From an uncultured Erysipelotrichaceae bacterium (GTDB lineage Bacteria; Bacillota_I; Bacilli_A; RF39; UBA660): a stretch of 42,070 bases of DNA. Shown here piece after piece: positions 17,886 through 26,524 of the stretch. Location: contig CADBMO010000104.1 of the NCBI GenBank assembly GCA_902795755.1, positions 1-42,070 of the forward strand, written 5' to 3'. Position numbers and translations under genes: made by a program. How positions within the stretch are numbered: position 1 is the stretch's first letter; every line of letters begins with the position of its first letter. A model generated the notes under the pieces. The model saw only the letters and a list, made by a program, of their open reading frames with translations, did not search any database and had not been told where the DNA came from.

Positions 17886-18461
17886 ATGAAAGTAAATATA
17901 GGAGTATCAGCAAGACATGTACATGTAACAAAGGAAGATGTTAAGGAATTATTTGGTGAAGGATATGAATTAACTAAAAAAGTTGATTTATCTCAGCCAG
18001 GTCAGTTTGCGTGTGAAGAACAAGTTACTTTAAAAGGACCAAAAGGCATTTTTGAAAGAGTTAGAATACTTGGACCAGAAAGAAGTAAAACACAGGTAGA
18101 AGTTTCTAAAACGGATACTTTTAAACTTGGTATTAATCCACCTGTTAGAAATTCTGGTGATTTAGATGATGCTGTAGAAATAACAATTATTGGACCAAAA
18201 GGAGAAATAACTAGAAATGCTGCTATTATCGCTGCAAGGCATCTACATATTGATCCAATAACCGCTAGTAAATTAAACCTTACTAATGATGATTTTGTAA
18301 AAGTAAGAGTTGGTGGTGAAAAACCAGGATTACTTGAACATGTTTATGTAAGAGTAAGTGATAAATTTGTATATGAAGTACATTTAGATACAGATGATGC
18401 GAACGCCTTCTTAATAAAACAAGGTGACGAAGCAGAATTAATAATAGACAAGGAACTTTAA
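17886..18461 (+). CDS. pduL: Phosphate propanoyl/acetyltransferase PduL
   Basis: Duplicated PduL motifs: VSARHVHV...GQFACEE.VTLKGPKG...VRILGPER and AAIIAARHLHI. Confidence 0.88.
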   Translation: MKVNIGVSARHVHVTKEDVKELFGEGYELTKKVDLSQPGQFACEEQVTLKGPKGIFERVRILGPERSKTQVEVSKTDTFKLGINPPVRNSGDLDDAVEITIIGPKGEITRNAAIIAARHLHIDPITASKLNLTNDDFVKVRVGGEKPGLLEHVYVRVSDKFVYEVHLDTDDANAFLIKQGDEAELIIDKEL

Positions 18462-18476
18462 AAAAGTTCCTTTTTA
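18451..18476 (+). terminator. Rho-independent terminator
   Basis: GGAACTttaaaaaAGTTCC followed by T5. It overlaps the pduL stop. Confidence 0.75.
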
Positions 18477-18503
18477 TTATATAATTGTTTTGGATGTGAT
18501 TAT

Positions 18504-19490
18504 ATGTTTAAAATTGGTAATATTACTTTTGATAATAACATAGTTCTTGCTCCTATGGCTGGTGTGTGTAATAGTGCGTTTAGAAAAATTATTAAAGAAA
18601 TGGGCTGCGGTTTAATATATGCAGAAATGGTTAGTGATAAGGCTTTAGTTTATGATAACGAAAAGACTAAAAATATGCTATATATGGAAGAAGAAGAAAG
18701 ACCAATTGCACAACAAATATTTGGAAGTGATAAAGATAGTTTCGTTAAGGCCGCTAAATTAATAGAAGAAGAGATGCACCCGGATATAATTGATATAAAT
18801 ATGGGGTGTCCTGTACCTAAAGTAGCACTTCGTGCGCAAGCAGGATCTGCTCTTTTAAAAGATCCAGAAAAGGTATTTGAAATAGTTAAATCTGTGGTTG
18901 ATGCGGTAAGTGTACCAGTAACTGTTAAAATTAGAAGTGGATGGGATAAAAATAGCATAAATGCTGTAGAAATTGCTAAAACGTGTGAACGTGCAGGTGC
19001 TTCAGCAATAACTGTTCATCCTAGAACACGTAGCCAGGGGTATAGCGGTAATGCAAATTGGAATATAATTAAAGAAGTCAAGCAAAATGTAAGTATTCCG
19101 GTAATAGGTAATGGTGATATTAAAAGTGCTATAGATGCGAAAAGAATGATAGATGAAACCGGTTGTGATGCGGTAATGATTGGAAGGGGTACCCTTGGGA
19201 ACCCATACCTAATTAAACAAATAATTGAATATTTAAAAAACGGAATTTTGTTAGAAGATTTAAATGCGATAGAAAAAATGGAACTATGTTTAAAGCATTT
19301 TAATTATTTATTAAAAATAAAGCCAGAAAAAGTTGCGGTTTTAGAAATGAGGACACATGGTGCATGGTATTTAAAGGGATTACCATCAGCAACCACTATT
19401 AAGAAAAGACTCTATGAGATAAAAGGAAAAGATGAATTTGTTGGTTTAATTAAAGAATATATAGAAAAACTAAATAAAAATATGATATAA
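18504..19490 (+). CDS. dusB: tRNA-dihydrouridine synthase B
   Basis: LAPMAGVCNSAFR, DINMGCP, VTVKIRSGWD, ITVHPRTR, and IGNGDI motifs. Confidence 0.93.
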   Translation: MFKIGNITFDNNIVLAPMAGVCNSAFRKIIKEMGCGLIYAEMVSDKALVYDNEKTKNMLYMEEEERPIAQQIFGSDKDSFVKAAKLIEEEMHPDIIDINMGCPVPKVALRAQAGSALLKDPEKVFEIVKSVVDAVSVPVTVKIRSGWDKNSINAVEIAKTCERAGASAITVHPRTRSQGYSGNANWNIIKEVKQNVSIPVIGNGDIKSAIDAKRMIDETGCDAVMIGRGTLGNPYLIKQIIEYLKNGILLEDLNAIEKMELCLKHFNYLLKIKPEKVAVLEMRTHGAWYLKGLPSATTIKKRLYEIKGKDEFVGLIKEYIEKLNKNMI

Positions 19491-19559
19491 TTAATATGTA
19501 AGACAAAATTATTATATGGTGCGAAAGTATTGTTTTGTCTAAAAAATAGGGAGGTTAAA

Positions 19560-20312
19560 ATGAAGAAAAATAACACTTTGAAAATGATTGTAATTTCTTT
19601 GGTAATTGTTATGTTTCTAACGATGATTATTCCTGCAACAACCATGGATTATCTTGGTAATGCAAAGACAGGCGATGTATCACCTATGGGGTCATGGACA
19701 ATTCTATCAAATCTAAGTATTGCAGTAGCATATTTTAGTTATACTGCAATATATATAATTGCAATTGCAGTATTCTATTCTGTAATAGGAAAAACAGCTT
19801 CCTTCAACGCTTTAGTTGATAAAATTACAGAGTTATTTGGAAAAGCAAAATTTGCTTTTGTTATAGTATCAATTATATTCTATGGTGTTTTAGGAGCATT
19901 AGTAAGTAACGCTACAACAGCAAGTAACGTATTAATTTTATTAGTGTTTGTACCATTTACATATATTGTAATGTCAAAGATGAAAATTGATAACAAAGCA
20001 ATTTTAGCATCAACTATTGTTGCATCATTACTTGGTGCAATGAGTGGTATATATGATGCCACATTAGCTAGTGTGTTTAGTTTTAAACTAAACTTATTAA
20101 TAATATTAATTAAGGTTTTAATGTTAGCTTTATCATTACTTGTACTTATTGCTTTTGTCGCACCAAACGCAAGTATTAAAGAAGATAAGGTAGAAGAAAA
20201 AGTAGAAGCTCCTAAAAAGGAAGCTAAGAAACCTGCTGCAAAAAAAGTTGCAACAAAAAAGGCACCTGCTAAAAAAACTAGCACAAAAGGTAGAAAGAAG
20301 GTGACCAAATAA
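19560..20312 (+). CDS. Membrane protein resembling the N-terminal half of a YfcC/DcuC-type permease, with a Lys/Ala/Pro-rich C-terminal tail
   Basis: I prefer the ATG at 19560 (SD GGGAGG). TLKMIVISLVIVMFLTMIIPATT and following TM segments resemble the YfcC N-terminal half. The tail is KKEAKKPAAKKVATKKAPAKKTSTKGRKKVTK. Confidence 0.6.
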   Translation: MKKNNTLKMIVISLVIVMFLTMIIPATTMDYLGNAKTGDVSPMGSWTILSNLSIAVAYFSYTAIYIIAIAVFYSVIGKTASFNALVDKITELFGKAKFAFVIVSIIFYGVLGALVSNATTASNVLILLVFVPFTYIVMSKMKIDNKAILASTIVASLLGAMSGIYDATLASVFSFKLNLLIILIKVLMLALSLLVLIAFVAPNASIKEDKVEEKVEAPKKEAKKPAAKKVATKKAPAKKTSTKGRKKVTK

Positions 20313-21562
20313 TGGCAACAGTATTACATAATGTGATGACAACAATATTACATATATTAACAACACCAAGTATTATAATACCTATTATTATTTCTTTAGT
20401 ATTGTTAGTATTAATAATTCTATCAACATGGAAGGTATTTATAAAAAATGGTAAACCAGGTTGGGCCGCAATAATACCAATATATAGAGAAATTGTTATT
20501 TGGCAATTATCTGAGCTACCACTTAAATACTTATTACTTGGTTTACTTTTACCAGTAATTGGACCATTTTATATGATGTCTACATATATGTATTTTGCAC
20601 AAAAGCAAAATAGATCTAGATGGTTTGGTTTCGGATTATATGCATTACCATTTATATTTATGCCTATATTAGCATATACAGATGCTAAAGATAAGAAAAA
20701 ACAAGAAAGCGCTTTATTATGCGGAATATTCTTACTTGTATTATCAATATTTATTATTGTTGCAATTGTACCATGGAATTCTTTATTCCCTAAATTTACT
20801 TTATTTGATAAATTTAATGAATGGTTAGCAACAATTGATGTATTTAAAAACCTTATAGCAGAACCTGCTGTAACTGAAACAGCAACTGCTACACCAAGTG
20901 GTATATTACCTGCACTTGGAAATTGGCAAATGTTAGATGTTTCAGTATTCTTGCTATTAATTAGTGGATTAGTTATTGTATTTAGTAAAGAAAAAGTTAA
21001 TGACTTTATTCCTGAAATAAGTGATAAAGTTAAAAAAGCATTACCAATTGCATTGGTATCAGTATTAGTAAGTTTAGTACTAATAGTAATAGTTACTTCA
21101 GGAGTAGGAGTTACTATAGTAAACTTTATTACTAAACCAAAACTTGCAACTATTTCATCATCATTTGGTGGATTAATAGGATCAATTACAACAGCAGATT
21201 TCTATTATTATTTATCAACATTATATGTACCATTTAAAGCGGTTGCAGGTTCTGATTATTCAGTTGCAATTGCAATATCAGTACAAGCAATATTCTATTT
21301 AGCAATGATTATTGCACCAACGTCTGTTGGCTTATTAATAGGATTACGTGCACTAGATATTCCATATGGAAGCTGGTTAAAATACATACTTAAAGTATTC
21401 TTACCAATACTTGTTCTTGTAATAGCTGTTCCATATGTTATGTATCTAGTTATTGCTAAGAAAATATTGCTAGCAGTATTAGTAAGCATAATATCGATAG
21501 CATTATTTATTGGAATAATAGTAGCAATATATGCGGTAAACAAACTATTATCAAAAAAATAA
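20312..21562 (+). CDS. Fusion membrane protein: DUF5684-like N-terminal module plus the C-terminal half of a YfcC/DcuC-type permease
   Basis: WKVFIKNGKPGWAAIIPIY...FGFGLYALPFIFMPILAY is DUF5684-like. MIIAPTSVGLLIGLRALDIPYGSWLKYILK resembles the YfcC C-terminal signature (..PTS..L...L......W.K). The start overlaps the upstream stop (TAATG). Confidence 0.6.
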   Translation: MATVLHNVMTTILHILTTPSIIIPIIISLVLLVLIILSTWKVFIKNGKPGWAAIIPIYREIVIWQLSELPLKYLLLGLLLPVIGPFYMMSTYMYFAQKQNRSRWFGFGLYALPFIFMPILAYTDAKDKKKQESALLCGIFLLVLSIFIIVAIVPWNSLFPKFTLFDKFNEWLATIDVFKNLIAEPAVTETATATPSGILPALGNWQMLDVSVFLLLISGLVIVFSKEKVNDFIPEISDKVKKALPIALVSVLVSLVLIVIVTSGVGVTIVNFITKPKLATISSSFGGLIGSITTADFYYYLSTLYVPFKAVAGSDYSVAIAISVQAIFYLAMIIAPTSVGLLIGLRALDIPYGSWLKYILKVFLPILVLVIAVPYVMYLVIAKKILLAVLVSIISIALFIGIIVAIYAVNKLLSKK

Positions 21563-21592
21563 AAAAAGGCTTTATATGAAGCCTTTTTTTTG
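21561..21592 (+). terminator. Rho-independent terminator
   Basis: aaaaaaAGGCTTtatatgAAGCCTtttttttt. Confidence 0.85.
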
Positions 21593-21647
21593 TATATAAA
21601 TAAATATAATTACCATAACAAACATAGAATAATTATAAGGAGGATAT

Positions 21648-23780
21648 ATGTTTGTTACTTTTGATGAAGAAGTTAGGAGATTGATAAAAACCGCGGTAAA
21701 AGAAATGGAAATGTTAAAACATCCTTACTTGGGAACAGAACATATTATTTTGGCAATTCTTAAAACTAAGGGATATATAAGCAAGTTATTTTATAAAAAC
21801 AAAATTAGTTATAAAAAGTTTAAAAATAGTTTAATAGAGATTATGCGAACTGGTAGTATAAAACAATCTATAACTATTTATACACCACTTTTAAAAAAAA
21901 TACTGTTAAACTCTATTTTAGAAGCTAAAGAAGAACGAAAAAGGTATGTTACTAAAGATATAATAATTAGTATGATATTAGATGAAAGAAGTGGTACTGC
22001 GTGTGCTGTTTTGGAATTATTAAAAGTAAATATATCTAAGCTGAAGTATGAAATAAATAACAAAAATATAATGCATAATAAAAGAAAAAAGCGAATGCTA
22101 ATTTATGATGTTGGGAATAACTTAAATAAAAAAAACCTTGATCCAGCATATGGAAGAGAAAAAGAAATTAATAAATTAATTGAAATACTGTTAAGAAGAA
22201 AAAAGAATAATCCAGTACTTGTTGGGGATGCAGGAGTTGGTAAAACTGCTATTGTTGAAGAACTTGCTAATCGAATATGTAATGGTAATATACCGGATTA
22301 TTTAAAAAACAAAACAATTGTTTCGTTAGATGTTTTTTCAGTTGTTGCGGGTACCAAATATCGTGGCGAATTTGAAGAAAAAATGAAACAAATTATAAAA
22401 GAATTAGAAGAAAATAAAAACATAATATTATTTGTTGATGAGTTACATACAATAGTAGGTGCTGGAGGAGCAGAAGGAGCAATAGATGCTGCAAACATTC
22501 TTAAACCTGCGCTTGCACGAGGTAAAATAAAAATAATAGGTGCGACTACAAAAGAAGAATATGATAAGTATATAAAACCTGATGCAGCATTATCTCGTAG
22601 GTTTCAAAAAATAGAAGTTAATGAGCCAAACAAACAAGATTTAAAAACGATATTATTAAAACTAAAACCTATATATGAAAAGCATCATCATGTACAAATA
22701 GATGAACCTTTAATAGACGATATTATTGAGTTATCCGCAAAATATGTGAAAGGTAGATTTGAGCCTGATAGATCAATAGATATATTAGATGAAGTTTGTG
22801 CAAAAGTATCACTTGAAGAAACAAGTGATATAGTAAAAAGCAAAGCGTTGCGCAATAAATTAAAAGAGACTAATTTAAAGAAAAAAGAGTTATTTTTAAA
22901 GGGTAAATATAAAGAAGCTGTGTTATATAAAGATAAAGAACAATTATTAATGAAGAAAATGGGCTCTTATAAAAAAGTGGTTAGTAAAGTTAAGGCAAAA
23001 GACATAAAGGAGGTAATAGAATCAAAAAGTAATTGCAAATTACCAAGTGATAATTATTATAAAGAATTAAGAAATAATTTAAACAAAAAACTAATTAACC
23101 AACAAAAAAATATAGATAATATAATTGAATTATTAAAAATAAAAAATTATTATAATAAAAGCGAATGCTTTTCTTTGTTAATAAATGGTAATACAGGTAG
23201 TGGTAAAACTTATTTTTCAAAGGTGTTAGGTAAAGAATTGTCTAACAAGGTGATATATTTAGATTTATCAAAATATGATGGTGCTAATTCAATTATTAAA
23301 TTAATAGGTAATTCCAATAATAAAAATATAGATTCCTTAGTAAAAAAAGTAGCTGATTATCCATTTTGTGCTATTATACTTGATAATTATGAAGAAGCAA
23401 ATGCCGAGGTTAAAAAAGCGATTCTAGATATGATAAAGACTTCATATCTTTACGATTCTCTAGGAAGTAAGGTAGATTTTTCAAATACGGTTATTATAGT
23501 TAACACTAGAACTAATAATTATAATAATTTAGGTTTTAAAAAAAGTGATAATAAAAAAGATGAACTTGATTTTATAAAGAATAGAATACATTTAAAAGAA
23601 AAAAATAAAAAAGATATTAAACAAATAATTGTTGAAAAACTTACTAATTATAAAATAAATAATGATGATATACTAAAACAAATTTATTCAAAAATTATTG
23701 ATTCTTTTAGCCTAACCAAATTAGATAATATAATAGAAAACGAGGTAAACAAAATAGTGCTAAATAATGCTGAACACTAG
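21648..23780 (+). CDS. Divergent, short (710 aa) ClpC-like AAA+ ATPase with intact D1 and degenerate D2
   Basis: Clp_N repeats. D1 has Walker A GDAGVGKT and Walker B ILFVDELH. The UVR-like KYKEAVLYKDKEQLL is present. D2 has Walker A GNTGSGKT, but its Walker B reads IILDNYEE where canonical ClpC has LLDEIEKA. An LGF tripeptide is retained. Confidence 0.8.
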   Translation: MFVTFDEEVRRLIKTAVKEMEMLKHPYLGTEHIILAILKTKGYISKLFYKNKISYKKFKNSLIEIMRTGSIKQSITIYTPLLKKILLNSILEAKEERKRYVTKDIIISMILDERSGTACAVLELLKVNISKLKYEINNKNIMHNKRKKRMLIYDVGNNLNKKNLDPAYGREKEINKLIEILLRRKKNNPVLVGDAGVGKTAIVEELANRICNGNIPDYLKNKTIVSLDVFSVVAGTKYRGEFEEKMKQIIKELEENKNIILFVDELHTIVGAGGAEGAIDAANILKPALARGKIKIIGATTKEEYDKYIKPDAALSRRFQKIEVNEPNKQDLKTILLKLKPIYEKHHHVQIDEPLIDDIIELSAKYVKGRFEPDRSIDILDEVCAKVSLEETSDIVKSKALRNKLKETNLKKKELFLKGKYKEAVLYKDKEQLLMKKMGSYKKVVSKVKAKDIKEVIESKSNCKLPSDNYYKELRNNLNKKLINQQKNIDNIIELLKIKNYYNKSECFSLLINGNTGSGKTYFSKVLGKELSNKVIYLDLSKYDGANSIIKLIGNSNNKNIDSLVKKVADYPFCAIILDNYEEANAEVKKAILDMIKTSYLYDSLGSKVDFSNTVIIVNTRTNNYNNLGFKKSDNKKDELDFIKNRIHLKEKNKKDIKQIIVEKLTNYKINNDDILKQIYSKIIDSFSLTKLDNIIENEVNKIVLNNAEH

Positions 23781-23831
23781 TTTTCTTGTTCGTTTTGTTA
23801 TATAATATAAGAAACGAGGGAAAGTGATAAA

Positions 23832-23864
23832 ATGAGATTAACTAAACGATGTTGCCTTCAATAA
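23832..23864 (+). promoter_or_regulatory. Candidate leader peptide ORF (MRLTKRCCLQ) upstream of cysS
   Basis: ATG AGA TTA ACT AAA CGA TGT TGC CTT CAA TAA. GAGGGA lies 10 nt upstream. The ORF sits between a TGn-extended -10 (about 23796-23806) and the cysS ATG. Confidence 0.3.
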
Positions 23865-23898
23865 ATTTTATTTAATAAAGAAAGGGAAGGTAATTAAT

Positions 23899-25290
23899 AT
23901 GAAAATATATAACACATTAACGAGAAAAATAGAAGAGTTTGTGCCTAACAATAAAAGTTTAATTAATATGTATACGTGTGGACCTACGGTTTATCACTAT
24001 GCACATATTGGTAATTTAAGAACGTATATAATGGAGGACATACTAGAAAAAACTCTTATTTATAATGGTTATAAAGTTAATAGAGTTATGAATATAACTG
24101 ACGTAGGGCACTTAACTAGTGACTCAGATTCTGGTGATGACAAAATGGTATCAAGTGCAAAGAGACAGCACAAAACGGTACTTGATATTGCTAAGTATTA
24201 TACAAATGCTTTTTTTGAAGATTTTAAGAAATTAAATATAAAGAAACCTGAAACTATAGAACCTGCAACTAACTTAATTGAAGATTATATTCATTTAATT
24301 AGTGTTTTATTAGAAAAAGGGTATGCATATATATCTGGGGGTAACGTTTATTTTGATACTTCTAAATTAGATGATTATTATGTTTTAACCAATCATAAAG
24401 AAGATGATATGGTTGTAGGAGTTCGTGATGGCGTAGAATTCGATGGTAGTAAACGTAATCAAGCAGATTTTGTTCTTTGGTTTACTAAATCTAAATTTGA
24501 AGATCAAGAATTAAAATGGGAATCACCTTGGGGCCTTGGATATCCAGGATGGCATTTGGAATGTTCTTGCATTAGTATGAAACATTGCGGAGAGTATTTG
24601 GATATTCATTGTGGTGGTGTTGATAATATTTTTCCACACCATACTAACGAAATTGCACAAAGCGAGGCTTATCTAGGTCATAAATGGTGTAATTATTGGG
24701 TGCATGGAGAACATCTTTTAGATAAAAATGGAAAAATGAGTAAAAGTAACGGTGAGTTTTTAACTGTTTCGTTGTTAATTGATAAAGGATATAATCCATT
24801 ATCATATAGATTGATGCATTTAGAGTCACATTATAGAAAGCAGTTGTTGTTTTCCTTTGATAATTTAGACAATTTTGAAAAAGCTTATAAAAAGCTAAAG
24901 CAAAAAACACTTGCTTTAAAGCAAAATGGTGAGTTGTTAGAAGATAAATATCAAGATTATAATCAAAAATTCATTAATTGTTTAAATGATGATATGAATA
25001 CGGCGAGTGCTATGACTGTTTTATATAATTTATTAAAAGATAATGAAGTTAATGATACTACTAAAATTGAATTAATAAAAAATTTTGATACTGTATTATC
25101 CTTAGATTTATTAAAGAAAGATGAAGTAGATGATGAATTAACAGTTTATATTGAAGAAATGATTGAAAAAAGAAAAGAAGCTAAGAAAAATAAAGACTAT
25201 GAATTAGCAGACAATATAAGAAATGAATTACTTGAAAAAGGAATAGAACTTAAAGATACTAGGGAAGGAACTACTTGGAATAAAATATAG
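23899..25290 (+). CDS. cysS: Cysteinyl-tRNA synthetase
   Basis: HIGN (YAHIGNLR) and KMSKS (GKMSKSNG) class I motifs, Zn-binding Cys residues (CGPTVY, HLECSC), and typical length. Confidence 0.97.
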   Translation: MKIYNTLTRKIEEFVPNNKSLINMYTCGPTVYHYAHIGNLRTYIMEDILEKTLIYNGYKVNRVMNITDVGHLTSDSDSGDDKMVSSAKRQHKTVLDIAKYYTNAFFEDFKKLNIKKPETIEPATNLIEDYIHLISVLLEKGYAYISGGNVYFDTSKLDDYYVLTNHKEDDMVVGVRDGVEFDGSKRNQADFVLWFTKSKFEDQELKWESPWGLGYPGWHLECSCISMKHCGEYLDIHCGGVDNIFPHHTNEIAQSEAYLGHKWCNYWVHGEHLLDKNGKMSKSNGEFLTVSLLIDKGYNPLSYRLMHLESHYRKQLLFSFDNLDNFEKAYKKLKQKTLALKQNGELLEDKYQDYNQKFINCLNDDMNTASAMTVLYNLLKDNEVNDTTKIELIKNFDTVLSLDLLKKDEVDDELTVYIEEMIEKRKEAKKNKDYELADNIRNELLEKGIELKDTREGTTWNKI

Positions 25291-25298
25291 GTGGTAAT

Positions 25299-25763
25299 AT
25301 GAAGTTAGTTGATAAATATAGATATAATAAATTAATTAAAGAAGGTTATATTGGTGAGCAAGCGAATGAAATAGTTAAATTATTGAATGATTATCCTCGC
25401 GCCATTATGCTTATTGATAAGACTTATAGTCCTGATGATATAAAAGAAGTTCATAAGCTTTATAGTACTAAGGATATACCATTAATAATATTTTTATCTA
25501 ATTTGGAACCCCAAAAAAGAATACTAATTGTAAAAGCTTACAATAAAAACGAAGGACCTTTTGCAAGAGCAGATAGAACATGGGAATTGATTACAACCAT
25601 AGCAACTAATTACGATACTGATGTACTTAGAATTTTTTTAGAACAAATAATGGTTAAAGAACCTAACTATGTATTATTAAACTTAGTTAGAACTGCCATG
25701 GATCAAAACGTAGATTTAAATGATTTAGATTTCTTTAAGAAAAACAAAGTGAAAACAAAATAA
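25299..25763 (+). CDS. Hypothetical protein, 154 aa
   Basis: ORF with SD AGGTGG, 8 nt after cysS. No recognisable motifs, and it does not resemble Mini-RNase III. Confidence 0.55.
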   Translation: MKLVDKYRYNKLIKEGYIGEQANEIVKLLNDYPRAIMLIDKTYSPDDIKEVHKLYSTKDIPLIIFLSNLEPQKRILIVKAYNKNEGPFARADRTWELITTIATNYDTDVLRIFLEQIMVKEPNYVLLNLVRTAMDQNVDLNDLDFFKKNKVKTK

Positions 25764-25773
25764 AATAAAGTTA

Positions 25774-25806
25774 ATAAAACCAGGAATAATATTCCTGGTT
25801 TTTAAT
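25774..25806. terminator. Bidirectional terminator between convergent genes
   Basis: aaaACCAGGAATaatATTCCTGGTtttt. Confidence 0.85.
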
Positions 25807-25834
25807 TTTTGTATTTATTTAGATCTTATTTCAA

Positions 25835-26410
25835 TTATGCTTCTTTTTTTAATATCTTATCAACAATGCCATATCTTAAAGCTTCATCAGCACTTAAATA
25901 ATAATCTCTTTCTGTGTCGTGTTCTATTTTCTTTAATGGTTGCTTTGTGTTATTAGCAAGTATTTTATTCAATTTTTTTCTTAAGTATACTATTCTATCA
26001 GCAACTATTTTTATTTCGGTAGCTTGCCCGCTTACCCCACCTAGAGGTTGGTGAATCATCACCTCCCCATTAGGAAGTATGTATCTTTTATCACCTGCTG
26101 ATAACAATATGGACGCCATAGAAGCGGCAATACCAATGCACGTTGTTGATATGGGGCTTTTTATATAATTCATAGTATCATATATTGCAAGGCCGGCTGT
26201 TATAGAACCACCTGGAGAATTAATATAGATGTTTATTTCATCGTTTGATAATGAATCTAAAAATAGTAATTGGCTAATTACCCCGTTTGCAACATCATCC
26301 GTTATTTCATCGCCTATAAAAATTATTCTGTCTTTTAATAATCTAGAGTATACGTCATACACTTTTTCTACACCATTTTCATTTTCTATTACACTTGGAA
26401 TAATAGTCAT
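25835..26410 (-). CDS. clpP: ATP-dependent Clp protease proteolytic subunit
   Basis: [31 protein letters not shown] (catalytic Ser), and MIHQPLGG (His). Confidence 0.97.
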   Translation of the reverse strand: MTIIPSVIENENGVEKVYDVYSRLLKDRIIFIGDEITDDVANGVISQLLFLDSLSNDEINIYINSPGGSITAGLAIYDTMNYIKSPISTTCIGIAASMASILLSAGDKRYILPNGEVMIHQPLGGVSGQATEIKIVADRIVYLRKKLNKILANNTKQPLKKIEHDTERDYYLSADEALRYGIVDKILKKEA

Positions 26411-26524
26411 TTTGTGCCTCCTAGTAATATTATGTATAAAAAAAATATGTTTATTACCAAAAAAATGTGACTTTTTTTGTATGATTTGTTATTATATTAA
26501 TAGAGTAAAAGGGTGTGTGATAGC

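Noticed and set aside
19880-20369. 142-aa and 77-aa ORFs antisense to the permease genes. Others occur at 18650-18958, 21295-21543, 28157-28387, 29610-30141, 36349-36567, 37157-37360, 37848-38132, 40176-40403 and 40998-41210.
   Set aside because: The reasoning is the same. They are mirror images of hydrophobic or repetitive coding sequence on the opposite strand and have no independent coding signal.
23781-23898. Possible T-box riboswitch upstream of cysS.
   Set aside because: The leader is only about 90 nt after the -10. It has no specifier-loop or T-box consensus-like sequence and no terminator/antiterminator pair, so it is too short for a T-box.
26411-26524. Possible CtsR operator or CIRCE element in the clpP promoter region.
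   Set aside because: There is no tandem (A/G)GTCAAA heptad repeat and no TTAGCACTC-N9-GAGTGCTAA. The only partial match is AGTCACA on the - strand, with no correctly spaced partner.
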